64,000 nt of DNA from Escherichia phage 236Ecol005PP, in sequence record PP434423.1. One strand, given 5' to 3'. The notes beneath the pieces were generated by a model. That model ran no database searches. It saw nothing but the letters and a program-made list of their open reading frames with translations, and was not told the DNA's origin. The position numbers were made by a program, and so were the translations under genes. Within the stretch, counting starts at the first letter, position 1. Each line of letters opens with the position of its first letter. This document shows positions 1-12,574 of the stretch, piece by piece.

Positions 1-1
1 C

Positions 2-478
<477 letters not shown>

Positions 479-506
479 TATTAAAGCATATTAAAGAGGA
501 TTAAAA

Positions 507-2486
507 ATGACTTTATTATCTCCGGGCATTGAGCTCAAAGAAACCACGGTTCAAAGCACCGTGGTTAATAACTCTACTGGTACAGCCGCTCTGGCCGGTA
601 AATTCCAGTGGGGTCCTGCTTTTCAAATTAAACAGGTTACAAATGAAGTAGATTTAGTTAATACTTTTGGTCAACCTACAGCTGAAACTGCTGACTATTT
701 TATGTCTGCAATGAATTTCTTGCAATACGGAAATGATTTGCGAGTTGTGCGTGCTGTCGATAGAGATACCGCTAAAAACTCATCTCCGATTGCCGGTAAT
801 ATTGAATACACTATTTCTACCCCAGGTAGTAACTACGCGGTTGGAGATAAAATCACGGTCAAATATGTTTCAGATGCTATTGAAACTGAAGGTAAAATTA
901 CTGAAGTAGACACAGATGGAAAAATTAAGAAAATTAATATTCCTACTGCAAAAATTATCGCTAAAGCTAAAGAAGTCGGTGAATATCCAGAATTAGGTTC
1001 TAACTGGACCGCGGAAATTTCTTCATCTTCCTCTGGTTTAGCTGCAGTAATAACTCTTGGAAAAATTATTACTGATTCTGGTATTTTATTAGCTGAAATT
1101 GAAAATGCTGAAGCTGCTATGACAGAGGTTGGCTTTCAAGCAAATCTCGAAAAATATGGAATTCCAGGAGTAGTAGCTCTTTATCCAGGCGAATTAGGCG
1201 ATAAAATTGAAATTGAAATCGTATCTAAAGCTGACTACGCAAAAGGGGCTTCTGCATTACTGCCAATTTATCCAGGCGGTGGTACTCGTGCATCTACTGC
1301 TAAAGCTGTGTTTGGATATGGACCACAAACTGATTCACAGTACGCTATTATAGTTCGTCGCAATGATGCTATTGTTCAAAGCGTTGTTCTTTCAACTAAG
1401 CGTGGTGAAAAAGATATTTACGATAGTAACATCTATATCGATGACTTTTTCGCAAAAGGTGGTTCAGAATATATTTTCGCAACTGCACAAAACTGGCCAG
1501 AAGGTTTCTCTGGAATTTTAACTTTGTCTGGCGGATTATCATCAAATGCTGAAGTAACAGCAGGAGATTTGATGGAAGCTTGGGACTTCTTTGCTGACCG
1601 CGAATCTGTTGATGTTCAGTTGTTTATTGCGGGTTCTTGCGCCGGCGAATCTTTAGAAACAGCATCTACTGTCCAAAAACACGTCGTTTCAATTGGTGAT
1701 GCTCGCCAAGATTGCTTAGTATTGTGCTCACCGCCGCGCGAAACTGTAGTTGGAATTCCTGTAACTCGTGCTGTCGATAACTTAGTCAATTGGAGAACTG
1801 CGACAGGTTCATATACTGATAATAACTTTAATATCAGTTCAACCTACGCAGCAATTGATGGTAACTACAAGTATCAGTATGACAAATATAATGATGTGAA
1901 TCGTTGGGTTCCATTAGCAGCTGATATTGCTGGTTTATGCGCGAGAACAGATAACGTTTCTCAGACTTGGATGTCTCCGGCTGGTTATAATCGTGGCCAG
2001 ATTCTTAATGTTATTAAACTTGCTATTGAAACTCGCCAGGCTCAGCGCGACCGTTTATACCAAGAAGCTATCAACCCGGTAACCGGTACAGGTGGTGATG
2101 GTTACGTATTGTATGGTGATAAAACAGCTACTTCTGTTCCTTCTCCATTTGATCGTATTAACGTTCGTCGTCTGTTTAATATGTTGAAAACGAATATCGG
2201 ACGTAGTTCAAAATATCGTTTGTTCGAATTAAACAACGCGTTTACCCGTTCATCATTCCGCACAGAAACTGCCCAGTACTTACAGGGAATTAAAGCTCTC
2301 GGTGGAATTTATGAATATCGTGTAGTTTGCGATACAACAAATAACACTCCGTCAGTAATTGATAGAAATGAGTTTGTTGCAACATTCTACATCCAACCGG
2401 CTAGAAGCATTAACTACATTACCTTGAACTTCGTAGCAACTGCTACTGGTGCAGATTTCGATGAGTTAACTGGTCTTGCAGGTTAA
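507..2486 (+). CDS. 18: contractile tail sheath protein
   Basis: 659-aa ORF, same length as T4 gp18 as recalled; position between 17 and 19. Confidence 0.9.
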   Translation: MTLLSPGIELKETTVQSTVVNNSTGTAALAGKFQWGPAFQIKQVTNEVDLVNTFGQPTAETADYFMSAMNFLQYGNDLRVVRAVDRDTAKNSSPIAGNIEYTISTPGSNYAVGDKITVKYVSDAIETEGKITEVDTDGKIKKINIPTAKIIAKAKEVGEYPELGSNWTAEISSSSSGLAAVITLGKIITDSGILLAEIENAEAAMTEVGFQANLEKYGIPGVVALYPGELGDKIEIEIVSKADYAKGASALLPIYPGGGTRASTAKAVFGYGPQTDSQYAIIVRRNDAIVQSVVLSTKRGEKDIYDSNIYIDDFFAKGGSEYIFATAQNWPEGFSGILTLSGGLSSNAEVTAGDLMEAWDFFADRESVDVQLFIAGSCAGESLETASTVQKHVVSIGDARQDCLVLCSPPRETVVGIPVTRAVDNLVNWRTATGSYTDNNFNISSTYAAIDGNYKYQYDKYNDVNRWVPLAADIAGLCARTDNVSQTWMSPAGYNRGQILNVIKLAIETRQAQRDRLYQEAINPVTGTGGDGYVLYGDKTATSVPSPFDRINVRRLFNMLKTNIGRSSKYRLFELNNAFTRSSFRTETAQYLQGIKALGGIYEYRVVCDTTNNTPSVIDRNEFVATFYIQPARSINYITLNFVATATGADFDELTGLAG

Positions 2487-2582
2487 TACAGTGCATTCTA
2501 AAGGCCTGTTTCGACAGGCCATATAAATACACTATATCCTTAATTCTTTAATTCTATATGCCCTAGGTTAAACATAGGGATA

Positions 2583-2590
2583 TATAAATA
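2583..2590 (+). promoter_or_regulatory. T4-type late promoter (TATAAATA) upstream of gene 19
   Basis: TATAAATA about 15 nt upstream of ATG; a second copy near 2522. Confidence 0.5.
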
Positions 2591-2604
2591 CTACAGAGGC
2601 TAAT

Positions 2605-3096
2605 ATGTTTGTAGATGATGTAACACGAGCGTTTGAATCTGGTGATTTTGCTCGACCTAACTTATTCCAAGTAGAAATTTCTTATCTTGGACAAAATTTT
2701 ACGTTTCAATGTAAAGCCACTGCTTTACCAGCTGGTATTGTAGAAAAAATTCCAGTCGGATTTATGAACCGTAAAATTAACGTAGCAGGCGATCGTACAT
2801 TCGATGACTGGACTGTTACAGTAATGAACGATGAGGCACATGATGCTCGCCAGAAGTTTGTTGATTGGCAAAGCATTGCTGCTGGGCAAGGGAACGAAAT
2901 TACTGGTGGAAAACCAGCAGAGTATAAAAAGAGTGCTGTTGTTCGTCAATATGCTCGTGACGCTAAAACTGTAACAAAAGAAGTCGAAATTAAAGGCCTG
3001 TGGCCTACTAACGTGGGTGAACTTCAATTAGATTGGGATTCAAACAATGAAATCCAAACCTTTGAAGTAACTCTCGCTCTCGATTATTGGGAATAA
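2605..3096 (+). CDS. 19: tail tube protein
   Basis: 163-aa ORF directly after sheath gene; T4 gp19 size and position. Confidence 0.9.
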   Translation: MFVDDVTRAFESGDFARPNLFQVEISYLGQNFTFQCKATALPAGIVEKIPVGFMNRKINVAGDRTFDDWTVTVMNDEAHDARQKFVDWQSIAAGQGNEITGGKPAEYKKSAVVRQYARDAKTVTKEVEIKGLWPTNVGELQLDWDSNNEIQTFEVTLALDYWE

Positions 3097-3128
3097 AATG
3101 AATGGGGAGAAATCCCCATCCTGCTTAA

Positions 3129-4753
<1,625 letters not shown>

Positions 4754-4754
<1 letters not shown>

Positions 4755-4969
4755 TGGAAGGTTTAATTGAAGCTATTAAATCAAACGACCTCGTAGCCGC
4801 TCGTAAATTATTTGCTGAAGCCATGGCTACAAGAACGATTGATTTAATTAAAGAAGAAAAAATCGCTATCGCTCGTAATTTCTTAATCGAAGGTGAAGAA
4901 CCTGAAGACGACGAAGACGAGGATGATGACGAAGACGACGAAGACGACGAAGACGAGGATGATGAATAA
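4754..4969 (+). CDS. 67: prohead core protein with acidic C-terminal tract
   Basis: 71-aa ORF, ATGA-coupled to gene 20 stop; C-terminal run of about 24 Asp/Glu residues. Confidence 0.7.
4897..4966 (+). repeat. GAC/GAA/GAT codon-level low-complexity tract encoding the poly-acidic tail
   Basis: Visible run gaagacgacgaagacgaggatgatgacgaagacgacgaagacgacgaagacgaggatgatgaa; creates spurious poly-Ser ORF on the opposite strand. Confidence 0.85.
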
Positions 4970-5394
4970 TGCTTCTGATCCCTGAAACTCATGAATTAGT
5001 TCTCGAGCATGTCGAAGCACTTATTCCTGAAGCACAGGGTCGCTTTGACGAATTGTCTTCTGCTTTAAATAAAGACGATATAAATACAATTGTCGAGAAT
5101 ATGCTTGATGATGAAACTGATTTAGCAGTTGCATTAGCTTCTATTAATGAAAATATGCCGTTAAATGAATTCATTGTTAAGCATGTTTCAGCTCGTGGTG
5201 AAATTACACGTACTAAAGACCGCAAAACACGCGAACGTAATGCATTTCAAACCACTGGGCTGTCTAAAGCAAAACGTAGACAAATTGCTCGCAAAGCTAC
5301 CAAAACGAAGATTGCCAATCCAGCAGGTCAATCTCGTGCTCAGCGTAAGCGTAAAAAAGCTCTTAAACGCCGTAAAGCATTAGGATTAAGCTAA
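4969..5394 (+). CDS. 68: prohead core protein, basic C-terminus
   Basis: 141-aa ORF overlapping stop of previous gene; position between 67 and 21. Confidence 0.7.
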   Translation: MLLIPETHELVLEHVEALIPEAQGRFDELSSALNKDDINTIVENMLDDETDLAVALASINENMPLNEFIVKHVSARGEITRTKDRKTRERNAFQTTGLSKAKRRQIARKATKTKIANPAGQSRAQRKRKKALKRRKALGLS

Positions 5395-6032
5395 TGAATG
5401 AACCCCAATTACTAATTGAAACTTGGGGTCAACCTGGCGAAATTATTGATGGTGTGCCAATGCTTGAATCCCACGATGGAAAAGACTTAGGTTTAAAGCC
5501 GGGTTTATACATCGAAGGAATATTCATGCAAGCGGAAGTCGTCAATAGAAATAAACGTCTTTATCCAAAACGCATATTAGAAAAAGCGGTAAAAGACTAT
5601 ATCAATGAGCAAGTTTTAACTAAACAAGCTCTCGGAGAATTAAATCATCCTCCACGCGCTAATGTTGACCCGATGCAAGCCGCTATCATTATAGAAGATA
5701 TGTGGTGGAAAGGAAATGACGTATACGGACGAGCTCGTGTTATTGAAGGTGACCACGGTCCTGGAGATAAATTAGCAGCTAATATTCGTGCCGGATGGAT
5801 TCCAGGAGTTTCTTCTCGTGGATTAGGTTCATTGACTGACACAAATAAAGGTTATCGTATCGTAAACGAAGGATTCAAATTAACTGTAGGTGTTGATGCA
5901 GTATGGGGTCCAAGTGCTCCAGATGCATGGGTAACTCCTAAGGAAATTACCGAATCACAGACGGCGGAAGCCGATACAAGTGCCGATGACGCCTATATGG
6001 CTCTCGCAGAGGCCATGAAAAAAGCGTTATAA
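5394..6032 (+). CDS. 21: prohead core protease
   Basis: 212-aa ORF, size and position of T4 gp21. Confidence 0.85.
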   Translation: MNEPQLLIETWGQPGEIIDGVPMLESHDGKDLGLKPGLYIEGIFMQAEVVNRNKRLYPKRILEKAVKDYINEQVLTKQALGELNHPPRANVDPMQAAIIIEDMWWKGNDVYGRARVIEGDHGPGDKLAANIRAGWIPGVSSRGLGSLTDTNKGYRIVNEGFKLTVGVDAVWGPSAPDAWVTPKEITESQTAEADTSADDAYMALAEAMKKAL

Positions 6033-6062
6033 ATATTATTATCTAAACAACAGGACTACAAA

Positions 6063-6872
6063 ATGCTTAAAGAACAACTGATTGCTGAAGCGCAAAAAAT
6101 TGATGCTTCCGTTGCTCTTGATAGTATTTTCGAATCAGTTAGTATTTCTCCGGAAGCAAAAGAAACTTTCGGCACTGTATTCGAAGCTACCGTCAAGCAG
6201 CACGCCGTTAAATTAGCTGAATCCCATATCGCTAAAATTGCTGAAAAAGCAGAAGAAGAAGTAGAAAAAAATAAAGAAGAAGCCGAAGAAAAAGCTGAGA
6301 AGAAAATCGCTGAGCAAGCTTCTAAATTCATCGACCATCTTGCGAAAGAATGGCTCGCTGAAAATAAATTAGCAGTTGATAAAGGCATCAAAGCCGAATT
6401 GTTTGAATCCATGCTTGGTGGATTAAAAGAGCTCTTTGTTGAACACAACGTTGTTGTTCCAGAAGAATCAGTTGATATTGTAGCTGAAATGGAAGAAGAG
6501 CTGCAAGAACATAAAGAAGAATCAGCTCGTCTGTTCGAAGAACTCAATATGCGCGACGCATATATCAATTATGTGCAGCGTGAAGTGGCATTGAGCGAAA
6601 GTACTAAAGATCTGACTGAGTCTCAAAAAGAAAAAGTCTCTGCTCTGGTCGAAGGTATGGATTATTCAGATGAATTCTCAAATAAATTGAGTGCCATCGT
6701 AGAAATGGTGAAGAAGTCTAATAAAGATGAAAGCACTATTACTGAGGGTATAAATACTCCTGATACTGAAGCAGCCGGACTGAATTTCGTCACTGAAGCT
6801 GTAGAAGATAAAGCTGCACCTGGTGCAGAAGATATTGTAAGTGTATATGCGAAAGTCGCATCTCGTTTCTAA
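6063..6872 (+). CDS. 22: prohead scaffolding core protein
   Basis: 269-aa highly charged, Glu/Lys/Ala-rich coiled-coil-like ORF immediately upstream of major capsid gene. Confidence 0.85.
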   Translation: MLKEQLIAEAQKIDASVALDSIFESVSISPEAKETFGTVFEATVKQHAVKLAESHIAKIAEKAEEEVEKNKEEAEEKAEKKIAEQASKFIDHLAKEWLAENKLAVDKGIKAELFESMLGGLKELFVEHNVVVPEESVDIVAEMEEELQEHKEESARLFEELNMRDAYINYVQREVALSESTKDLTESQKEKVSALVEGMDYSDEFSNKLSAIVEMVKKSNKDESTITEGINTPDTEAAGLNFVTEAVEDKAAPGAEDIVSVYAKVASRF

Positions 6873-6890
6873 TTTTAAAGGTTAACACAA

Positions 6891-8456
6891 ATGACTATCA
6901 AAACTAAAGCTGAACTTTTGAACAAATGGAAGCCATTACTGGAAGGTGAAGGTTTACCGGAAATTGCTAATAGCAAACAAGCGATTATCGCTAAAATCTT
7001 TGAAAACCAGGAAAAAGATTTCCAGACAGCTCCAGAGTACAAAGACGAAAAAATCGCTCAGGCGTTCGGTTCTTTCTTAACAGAAGCTGAAATCGGTGGT
7101 GACCACGGTTACAATGCTACTAACATCGCTGCAGGTCAGACTTCTGGCGCAGTAACTCAGATTGGCCCAGCTGTTATGGGTATGGTACGTCGTGCTATTC
7201 CTAACCTGATTGCTTTCGATATTTGCGGTGTTCAGCCGATGAACAGCCCGACTGGCCAGGTATTCGCACTGCGCGCAGTATACGGTAAAGACCCGGTCGC
7301 TTCCGGTGCTAAAGAAGCATTCCACCCAATGTATGGTCCAGATGCAATGTTCTCTGGTCAGGGTGCTGCTAAGAAATTCGCTGCTTTGAAAGCAAGTGAT
7401 ACTCTTGAAGTTGGAACTATTTACACCCACTTCTTCCAGGACACTGGTACTGTGTATCTGCAAGCTACAGAAGTTAAGCAAATTGATACTAGTGCAACTG
7501 ACGCAGCTAAATTAGATGCTGAAATTAAGAAACAAATGGAAGCTGGTGTACTGGTAGAAATCGCTGAAGGTATGGCTACTTCTGTCGCTGAACTTCAGGA
7601 AAGTTTCAACGGTTCTACCGATAACCCATGGAATGAAATGGGCTTCCGTATCGATAAACAAGTTATCGAAGCTAAATCTCGCCAGCTGAAAGCTGCTTAC
7701 TCTATCGAATTAGCACAAGACCTCCGCGCTGTTCACGGTATGGATGCTGATGCTGAACTGTCTGGTATTCTGGCTACAGAAATCATGCTGGAAATTAACC
7801 GTGAAGTTGTTGATTGGATTAACTACTCAGCTCAGGTTGGTAAATCTGGTATGACCCTGACTCCGGGTTCTAAAGCTGGTGTATTTGACTTCCAGGATCC
7901 GATTGATATTCGTGGTGCTCGCTGGGCGGGTGAATCCTTTAAAGCTCTGTTGTTCCAGATTGACAAAGAAGCAGTTGAAATTGCTCGTCAGACTGGTCGT
8001 GGTGAAGGTAACTTCATTATCGCTTCCCGTAACGTAGTTAACGTTCTGGCTTCAGTTGATACCGGCATTTCTTATGCTGCACAGGGTCTGGCTACCGGCT
8101 TTAACACTGATACTACCAAGTCAGTATTTGCTGGTGTTCTGGGTGGTAAATACCGTGTATATATCGACCAGTATGCTAAACAGGATTATTTCACTGTAGG
8201 TTATAAAGGTCCGAACGAAATGGATGCTGGTATTTACTATGCTCCATATGTAGCTCTGACTCCGCTGCGTGGTTCCGATCCGAAGAACTTCCAACCAGTA
8301 ATGGGATTCAAAACTCGTTACGGTATCGGTATCAACCCATTTGCAGAATCCGCTGCTCAGGCTCCGGCTTCTCGCATCCAGAGCGGTATGCCTTCTATTC
8401 TGAATAGCCTTGGTAAAAACGCTTACTTCCGCCGTGTATATGTTAAAGGTATCTAA
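6891..8456 (+). CDS. 23: major capsid protein
   Basis: 521-aa ORF whose N-terminus (MTIKTKAELLNKWKPLLEGEGLPEIANSKQAIIAKIFENQEKDF...) matches T4 gp23 as recalled. Confidence 0.95.
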   Translation: MTIKTKAELLNKWKPLLEGEGLPEIANSKQAIIAKIFENQEKDFQTAPEYKDEKIAQAFGSFLTEAEIGGDHGYNATNIAAGQTSGAVTQIGPAVMGMVRRAIPNLIAFDICGVQPMNSPTGQVFALRAVYGKDPVASGAKEAFHPMYGPDAMFSGQGAAKKFAALKASDTLEVGTIYTHFFQDTGTVYLQATEVKQIDTSATDAAKLDAEIKKQMEAGVLVEIAEGMATSVAELQESFNGSTDNPWNEMGFRIDKQVIEAKSRQLKAAYSIELAQDLRAVHGMDADAELSGILATEIMLEINREVVDWINYSAQVGKSGMTLTPGSKAGVFDFQDPIDIRGARWAGESFKALLFQIDKEAVEIARQTGRGEGNFIIASRNVVNVLASVDTGISYAAQGLATGFNTDTTKSVFAGVLGGKYRVYIDQYAKQDYFTVGYKGPNEMDAGIYYAPYVALTPLRGSDPKNFQPVMGFKTRYGIGINPFAESAAQAPASRIQSGMPSILNSLGKNAYFRRVYVKGI

Positions 8457-8471
8457 TCTTTGACGATTTAA

Positions 8472-8500
8472 GGGACCTTCGGGTCCCTTTAGTTGTTTTT
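8472..8500 (+). terminator. intrinsic terminator after gene 23
   Basis: GGGACC-TTCG-GGTCCC hairpin followed by T-rich run. Confidence 0.6.
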
Positions 8501-8504
8501 ATGG

Positions 8505-8512
8505 TATAAATA
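8505..8512 (+). promoter_or_regulatory. T4-type late promoter (TATAAATA) upstream of gene 24
   Basis: TATAAATA about 28 nt upstream of ATG. Confidence 0.5.
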
Positions 8513-8539
8513 AATCATATAAACTGAAAGGAAAGCGCA

Positions 8540-9823
8540 ATGGCTAAAATCAACGAACTTTTGCGCGAATCAACCACAACGAATAGCAACTCAATCGGTC
8601 GCCCAAATCTCGTTGCTTTGACTCGCGCTACCACTAAATTAATATATTCTGACATTGTAGCAACGCAAAGAACTAATCAACCTGTTGCTGCTTTTTATGG
8701 TATCAAATACCTTAACCCAGATAATGAATTTACATTTAAAACTGGTGCTACTTACGCTGGCGAAGCTGGGTACGTAGATCGAGAACAAATCACAGAATTA
8801 ACAGAAGAGTCTAAATTAACTCTCAATAAAGGCGATTTATTCAAATATAATAATATCGTTTATAAAGTATTAGAAGATACACCATTTGCTGATATTGAAG
8901 AAAGCGATTTAGAATTAGCTCTTCAGATTGCAATTGTTCTTTTAAAGGTTCGTCTATTTTCTGATGCTGCAGTAACAAGCAAATTTGAAAGCTCTGATAG
9001 CGAAATTGCGGATGCTAGATTCCAGATTAATAAATGGCAAACCGCAGTTAAATCTCGTAAACTTAAAACTGGCATTACGGTTGAATTAGCACAAGATTTA
9101 GAAGCAAATGGATTCGATGCTCCTAATTTCTTGGAAGATTTGCTTGCAACTGAAATGGCAGATGAAATCAATAAAGATATTCTGCAATCTTTGATTACAG
9201 TATCAAAACGCTATAAAGTTACAGGAATTACTGATAGTGGATTCATCGATTTGAGTTATGCATCTGCTCCTGAAGCAGGTCGTTCATTATACCGAATGGT
9301 ATGTGAAATGGTTTCGCATATCCAAAAAGAATCAACTTATACAGCAACGTTCTGTGTTGCTTCTGCTCGTGCCGCTGCGATTCTTGCTGCATCAGGTTGG
9401 TTAAAACATAAACCAGAAGATGACAAATATCTTTCACAAAATGCCTACGGGTTATTAGCTAATGGTTTACCGCTTTATTGCGATACTAACAGCCCATTAG
9501 ATTATGTAATCGTTGGTGTAGTAGAAAATATCGGTGAAAAAGAAATTGTTGGATCAATTTTCTATGCTCCGTATACAGAAGGTCTTGACTTAGATGACCC
9601 TGAACATGTAGGTGCATTTAAAGTTGTAGTTGATCCAGAAAGCTTACAACCATCTATCGGTTTATTGGTTAGATATGCTTTATCTGCAAATCCTTACACT
9701 GTAGCAAAAGATGAAAAAGAAGCAAGAATAATTGATGGTGGAGACATGGATAAAATGGCGGGTCGTTCAGATTTGTCTGTTTTATTAGGTGTTAAACTGC
9801 CAAAAATTATCGTTGATGAATAA
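8540..9823 (+). CDS. 24: capsid vertex protein (gp23 paralog)
   Basis: 427-aa ORF, T4 gp24 size and position. Confidence 0.9.
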   Translation: MAKINELLRESTTTNSNSIGRPNLVALTRATTKLIYSDIVATQRTNQPVAAFYGIKYLNPDNEFTFKTGATYAGEAGYVDREQITELTEESKLTLNKGDLFKYNNIVYKVLEDTPFADIEESDLELALQIAIVLLKVRLFSDAAVTSKFESSDSEIADARFQINKWQTAVKSRKLKTGITVELAQDLEANGFDAPNFLEDLLATEMADEINKDILQSLITVSKRYKVTGITDSGFIDLSYASAPEAGRSLYRMVCEMVSHIQKESTYTATFCVASARAAAILAASGWLKHKPEDDKYLSQNAYGLLANGLPLYCDTNSPLDYVIVGVVENIGEKEIVGSIFYAPYTEGLDLDDPEHVGAFKVVVDPESLQPSIGLLVRYALSANPYTVAKDEKEARIIDGGDMDKMAGRSDLSVLLGVKLPKIIVDE

Positions 9824-9826
9824 AAC

Positions 9827-9851
9827 AAAGGGACCGAAAGGTCCCTTTTTA
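9827..9851. terminator. bidirectional intrinsic terminator between converging genes 24 and rnlB
   Basis: AAAGGGACC-GAAA-GGTCCCTTTTT: stem flanked by A-run and T-run. Confidence 0.6.
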
Positions 9852-9852
9852 T

Positions 9853-10857
9853 TTAACTTACCAATTCAATCCAAGCCGGACGAAGTACATCTTGTACCAT
9901 TTTAACTAATTCCTTTTTAATCAAAGAAGGATTATCCGCTTGAGTTAGAGTAATACCTTCACGAGAAGTTTCTTCCAAAATATCTTGAACAGTTAGCCCC
10001 ATCACCTTTCCAAAATCCTTTGGACCAATTTCGCCAATTTTAGAAATAACGTTATTTACTCGGTTCAGTGTAACGTAGCAAGCTAAAATTCCCAGCAATT
10101 TATTATCAGCTTCTGACAGCTCAACTTTAGCTTTAATAGGCTTATCAGACTTTTTCTTTTCGCTAAATTTAGAGTTCTTGCATTTAATAGCTACACGATT
10201 GCCATTAGGCATCCAAGAAGGATAACAAGGTTTCAATACATATCCTTCAGCAGTAAATACTTCGCCTTTTGCTTCGGCATTCCAAACGCATTTATTTGCA
10301 TCAACTAATCCAGCATGGTCTACTGTAAAATTATAATCCTGGACGACAGAATCTAAATCATTTGGCAATTTAATAAGTTCTTCAAATTTACCACGACCCA
10401 AAAGTGGAGCCGTTTTAAATTTGAATGTATTACAGAATGATTCCATCATATAATCATCGACATAAGTCACATCACCACTTTCTGTAGTAACAATAATGTC
10501 AAATACATAAAAATCTTTATCACCATAATCGACATTCTTCTGAATGCCAGGTCCAGCGAATTCGCCAAAAACTTGATAAGATACAACTGCTGAAGTTTCC
10601 ATAATATCTTGCACTGCTTTAATGGAATCAGCGTAATTCTTTAAAATAATTTCATACCCAAAGAAATCTTCAGCAGGAAGAATCGGTCCAGTACGTTTAG
10701 CACAAGTTGCTTTATCGCGTTCAATAATCAGTGAGAAATTTGTGCCATGAATCTTTTCACGAGCTACCCATTCGCCGTCAGTCAATCCTAAACTGTAAAG
10801 TTTTTCAATGAATTTAGAATTGTAATGATTTTCAAGACTGCTATACTTTTTAAACAT
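9853..10857 (-). CDS. rnlB: RNA ligase 2
   Basis: 334-aa ORF with nucleotidyltransferase motif I (EKIHGTN) near N-terminus; position after gene 24 as in T4. Confidence 0.8.
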   Translation of the reverse strand: MFKKYSSLENHYNSKFIEKLYSLGLTDGEWVAREKIHGTNFSLIIERDKATCAKRTGPILPAEDFFGYEIILKNYADSIKAVQDIMETSAVVSYQVFGEFAGPGIQKNVDYGDKDFYVFDIIVTTESGDVTYVDDYMMESFCNTFKFKTAPLLGRGKFEELIKLPNDLDSVVQDYNFTVDHAGLVDANKCVWNAEAKGEVFTAEGYVLKPCYPSWMPNGNRVAIKCKNSKFSEKKKSDKPIKAKVELSEADNKLLGILACYVTLNRVNNVISKIGEIGPKDFGKVMGLTVQDILEETSREGITLTQADNPSLIKKELVKMVQDVLRPAWIELVS

Positions 10858-10866
10858 AATTAATCC

Positions 10867-11145
10867 TCAAAATGTAATTTCTAACCAATCACCATCACGC
10901 TGATCACTATTGACTTTAAAGCTAAATCCTTCTTTTCTCAGCCAATCACCAATTTCTTCAGTAATCAATTTATCGCGAGCGATACAATAATAACTAAAAT
11001 ATGTTTTACCTTGTTCAGCTGCTTTATTGGCAAGTTCCGAAAAATCTTTAATAAAACACTCTAGCTTAAACTGTTTACTTTTTAATGCTTTTTCGCGTAG
11101 TTGATTAGCAAAAGATTCATTTTCATAAAGATCATACTGTTCCAT
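10867..11145 (-). CDS. hypothetical protein (92 aa)
   Basis: ORF with plausible coupling to neighbours; no recognisable motif. Confidence 0.5.
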   Translation of the reverse strand: MEQYDLYENESFANQLREKALKSKQFKLECFIKDFSELANKAAEQGKTYFSYYCIARDKLITEEIGDWLRKEGFSFKVNSDQRDGDWLEITF

Positions 11146-11341
11146 TTTTCACCTTTTTATTGATATGTCTTTTTCTATAGACGACTTTTTCTCGAGTTTC
11201 AAATTTATTCTTAGCAGTCATAGCTCGAGCCCATAATACAGCCACTTCTTTCGCCTGTAAGTTCAATTCACGAGCAATTTCAATGAATGACTTTCCAGAC
11301 TCATGAAGAGTAAACACCACAACCTCAGTTCTCATAATCAA
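11132..11341 (-). CDS. hypothetical small protein, possible helix-turn-helix
   Basis: 69-aa ORF; segment SFIEIARELNLQAKEVAVLW resembles an HTH; weak. Confidence 0.4.
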   Translation of the reverse strand: MIMRTEVVVFTLHESGKSFIEIARELNLQAKEVAVLWARAMTAKNKFETREKVVYRKRHINKKVKNGTV

Positions 11342-11400
11342 TCCCGTATTATTTGGTTTGTGCCATTATATACATCAATCTCAAGATGTGTTTTGTATGC

Positions 11401-11432
11401 TTTAAAAACGAAGAAAGGGGCCGAAGCCCCAC
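11401..11432 (-). terminator. intrinsic terminator downstream of hoc
   Basis: GGGGC-CGAA-GCCCC hairpin with T-run on the - strand. Confidence 0.55.
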
Positions 11433-11434
11433 GA

Positions 11435-12565
11435 TTATGGATAAGTATAGATGATACCAGTTTCTAAAGCAGTTTTATGAATGATGTATCCATTACGTGA
11501 TTCTTGAACATCAACTTCTGGATAATCTTGAATCATCTTCTGAAGAGTGTAACGATGCAGGTAATATTTACTATCTGGGTCGTCAGTTTTCCAATCTTTA
11601 CCTTCTTCGGTCATTTTTTGGATTTCATCCATAACCCACCAACCGCACCAGATATAAGCTGAAGTACGGTGTGGAAGAGGATGAACATAAGGCAATTCAC
11701 CTTCTGGTTCCGGAGCAACTTTATCAGTCACTTGAACTTGACCTTCTGCTGTAATAGTTTTGCTATCATAATCAGTAGCAGTAACAGTAGCAGTAACTTC
11801 AATGGTTTGACTTCCAACAGATGAGGTATCAACGGTATATACATTAGTTGACCCTTCTACAGGAGAAGAATCTTTCTTCCATGAATAAGTAATTTGCGCT
11901 TCTTCTGGAGCATCAGTAACATTAGCAGTAAATGTAGCCGAAGCATCTTGTTGAACGTTAATAGAAGGAGGAGTCAATGTAACCTGTGGATTCATTGTCT
12001 TCTTATTAACCGTTAATGATACTTCATTAGAAGTAACGCTTAGTGCATCATAATCTGTCGCGGTTACTTGAGCTACACACTTGATTTTTTTAACTCCGCT
12101 TGTGGTAGGAGTGTAATTGAATGTAGCGCTAGTTGCTTCGTCCACAGGAGAATCATCTACATACCACTGATACGTAGCAGATGCTCCATCAGGTTGAGAA
12201 GCTAAGGCAGCAGTAAATTGAACTGGGGTTCCGATTACTCCAGCGTCAGGGCTATCAGGAGTTACTGCTAAGGTGGTCGTTTGTGTCTTATTTTTAACCG
12301 TGATAGTCGTAGTAATTTCTGCTGTTTCGGGACTACTATCGGCAACTTGATTTGTTGCAACAACTTTAATTGTTTTTGTTCCAGCAGGTCCTTTTAATAC
12401 ATAATTAAAAGTTGCTTCAGCTCCATCTTGTGGAACATTATCTACGCTCCAAGCATATGTAATAGGTCCATCTCCAGTTTGACCACTGGGTGTAGCAGTA
12501 AACTGCTGAGTCTGATCTATAACTCCAGTAGGTGTTTTAGGAGTTATATCAACTGTAAAAGCCAT
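11435..12565 (-). CDS. hoc: highly immunogenic outer capsid protein (Ig-like repeats)
   Basis: 376-aa ORF with repeated T/V/S-rich beta-strand-like modules; T4 Hoc size and position. Confidence 0.8.
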   Translation of the reverse strand: MAFTVDITPKTPTGVIDQTQQFTATPSGQTGDGPITYAWSVDNVPQDGAEATFNYVLKGPAGTKTIKVVATNQVADSSPETAEITTTITVKNKTQTTTLAVTPDSPDAGVIGTPVQFTAALASQPDGASATYQWYVDDSPVDEATSATFNYTPTTSGVKKIKCVAQVTATDYDALSVTSNEVSLTVNKKTMNPQVTLTPPSINVQQDASATFTANVTDAPEEAQITYSWKKDSSPVEGSTNVYTVDTSSVGSQTIEVTATVTATDYDSKTITAEGQVQVTDKVAPEPEGELPYVHPLPHRTSAYIWCGWWVMDEIQKMTEEGKDWKTDDPDSKYYLHRYTLQKMIQDYPEVDVQESRNGYIIHKTALETGIIYTYP

Positions 12566-12574
12566 AAGTTATCC

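Noticed and set aside
6056-6568. 170-aa - strand Ser/Ala-rich ORF
   Set aside because: Lies entirely antisense to the gene 22 scaffold gene; low-complexity antisense artifact.
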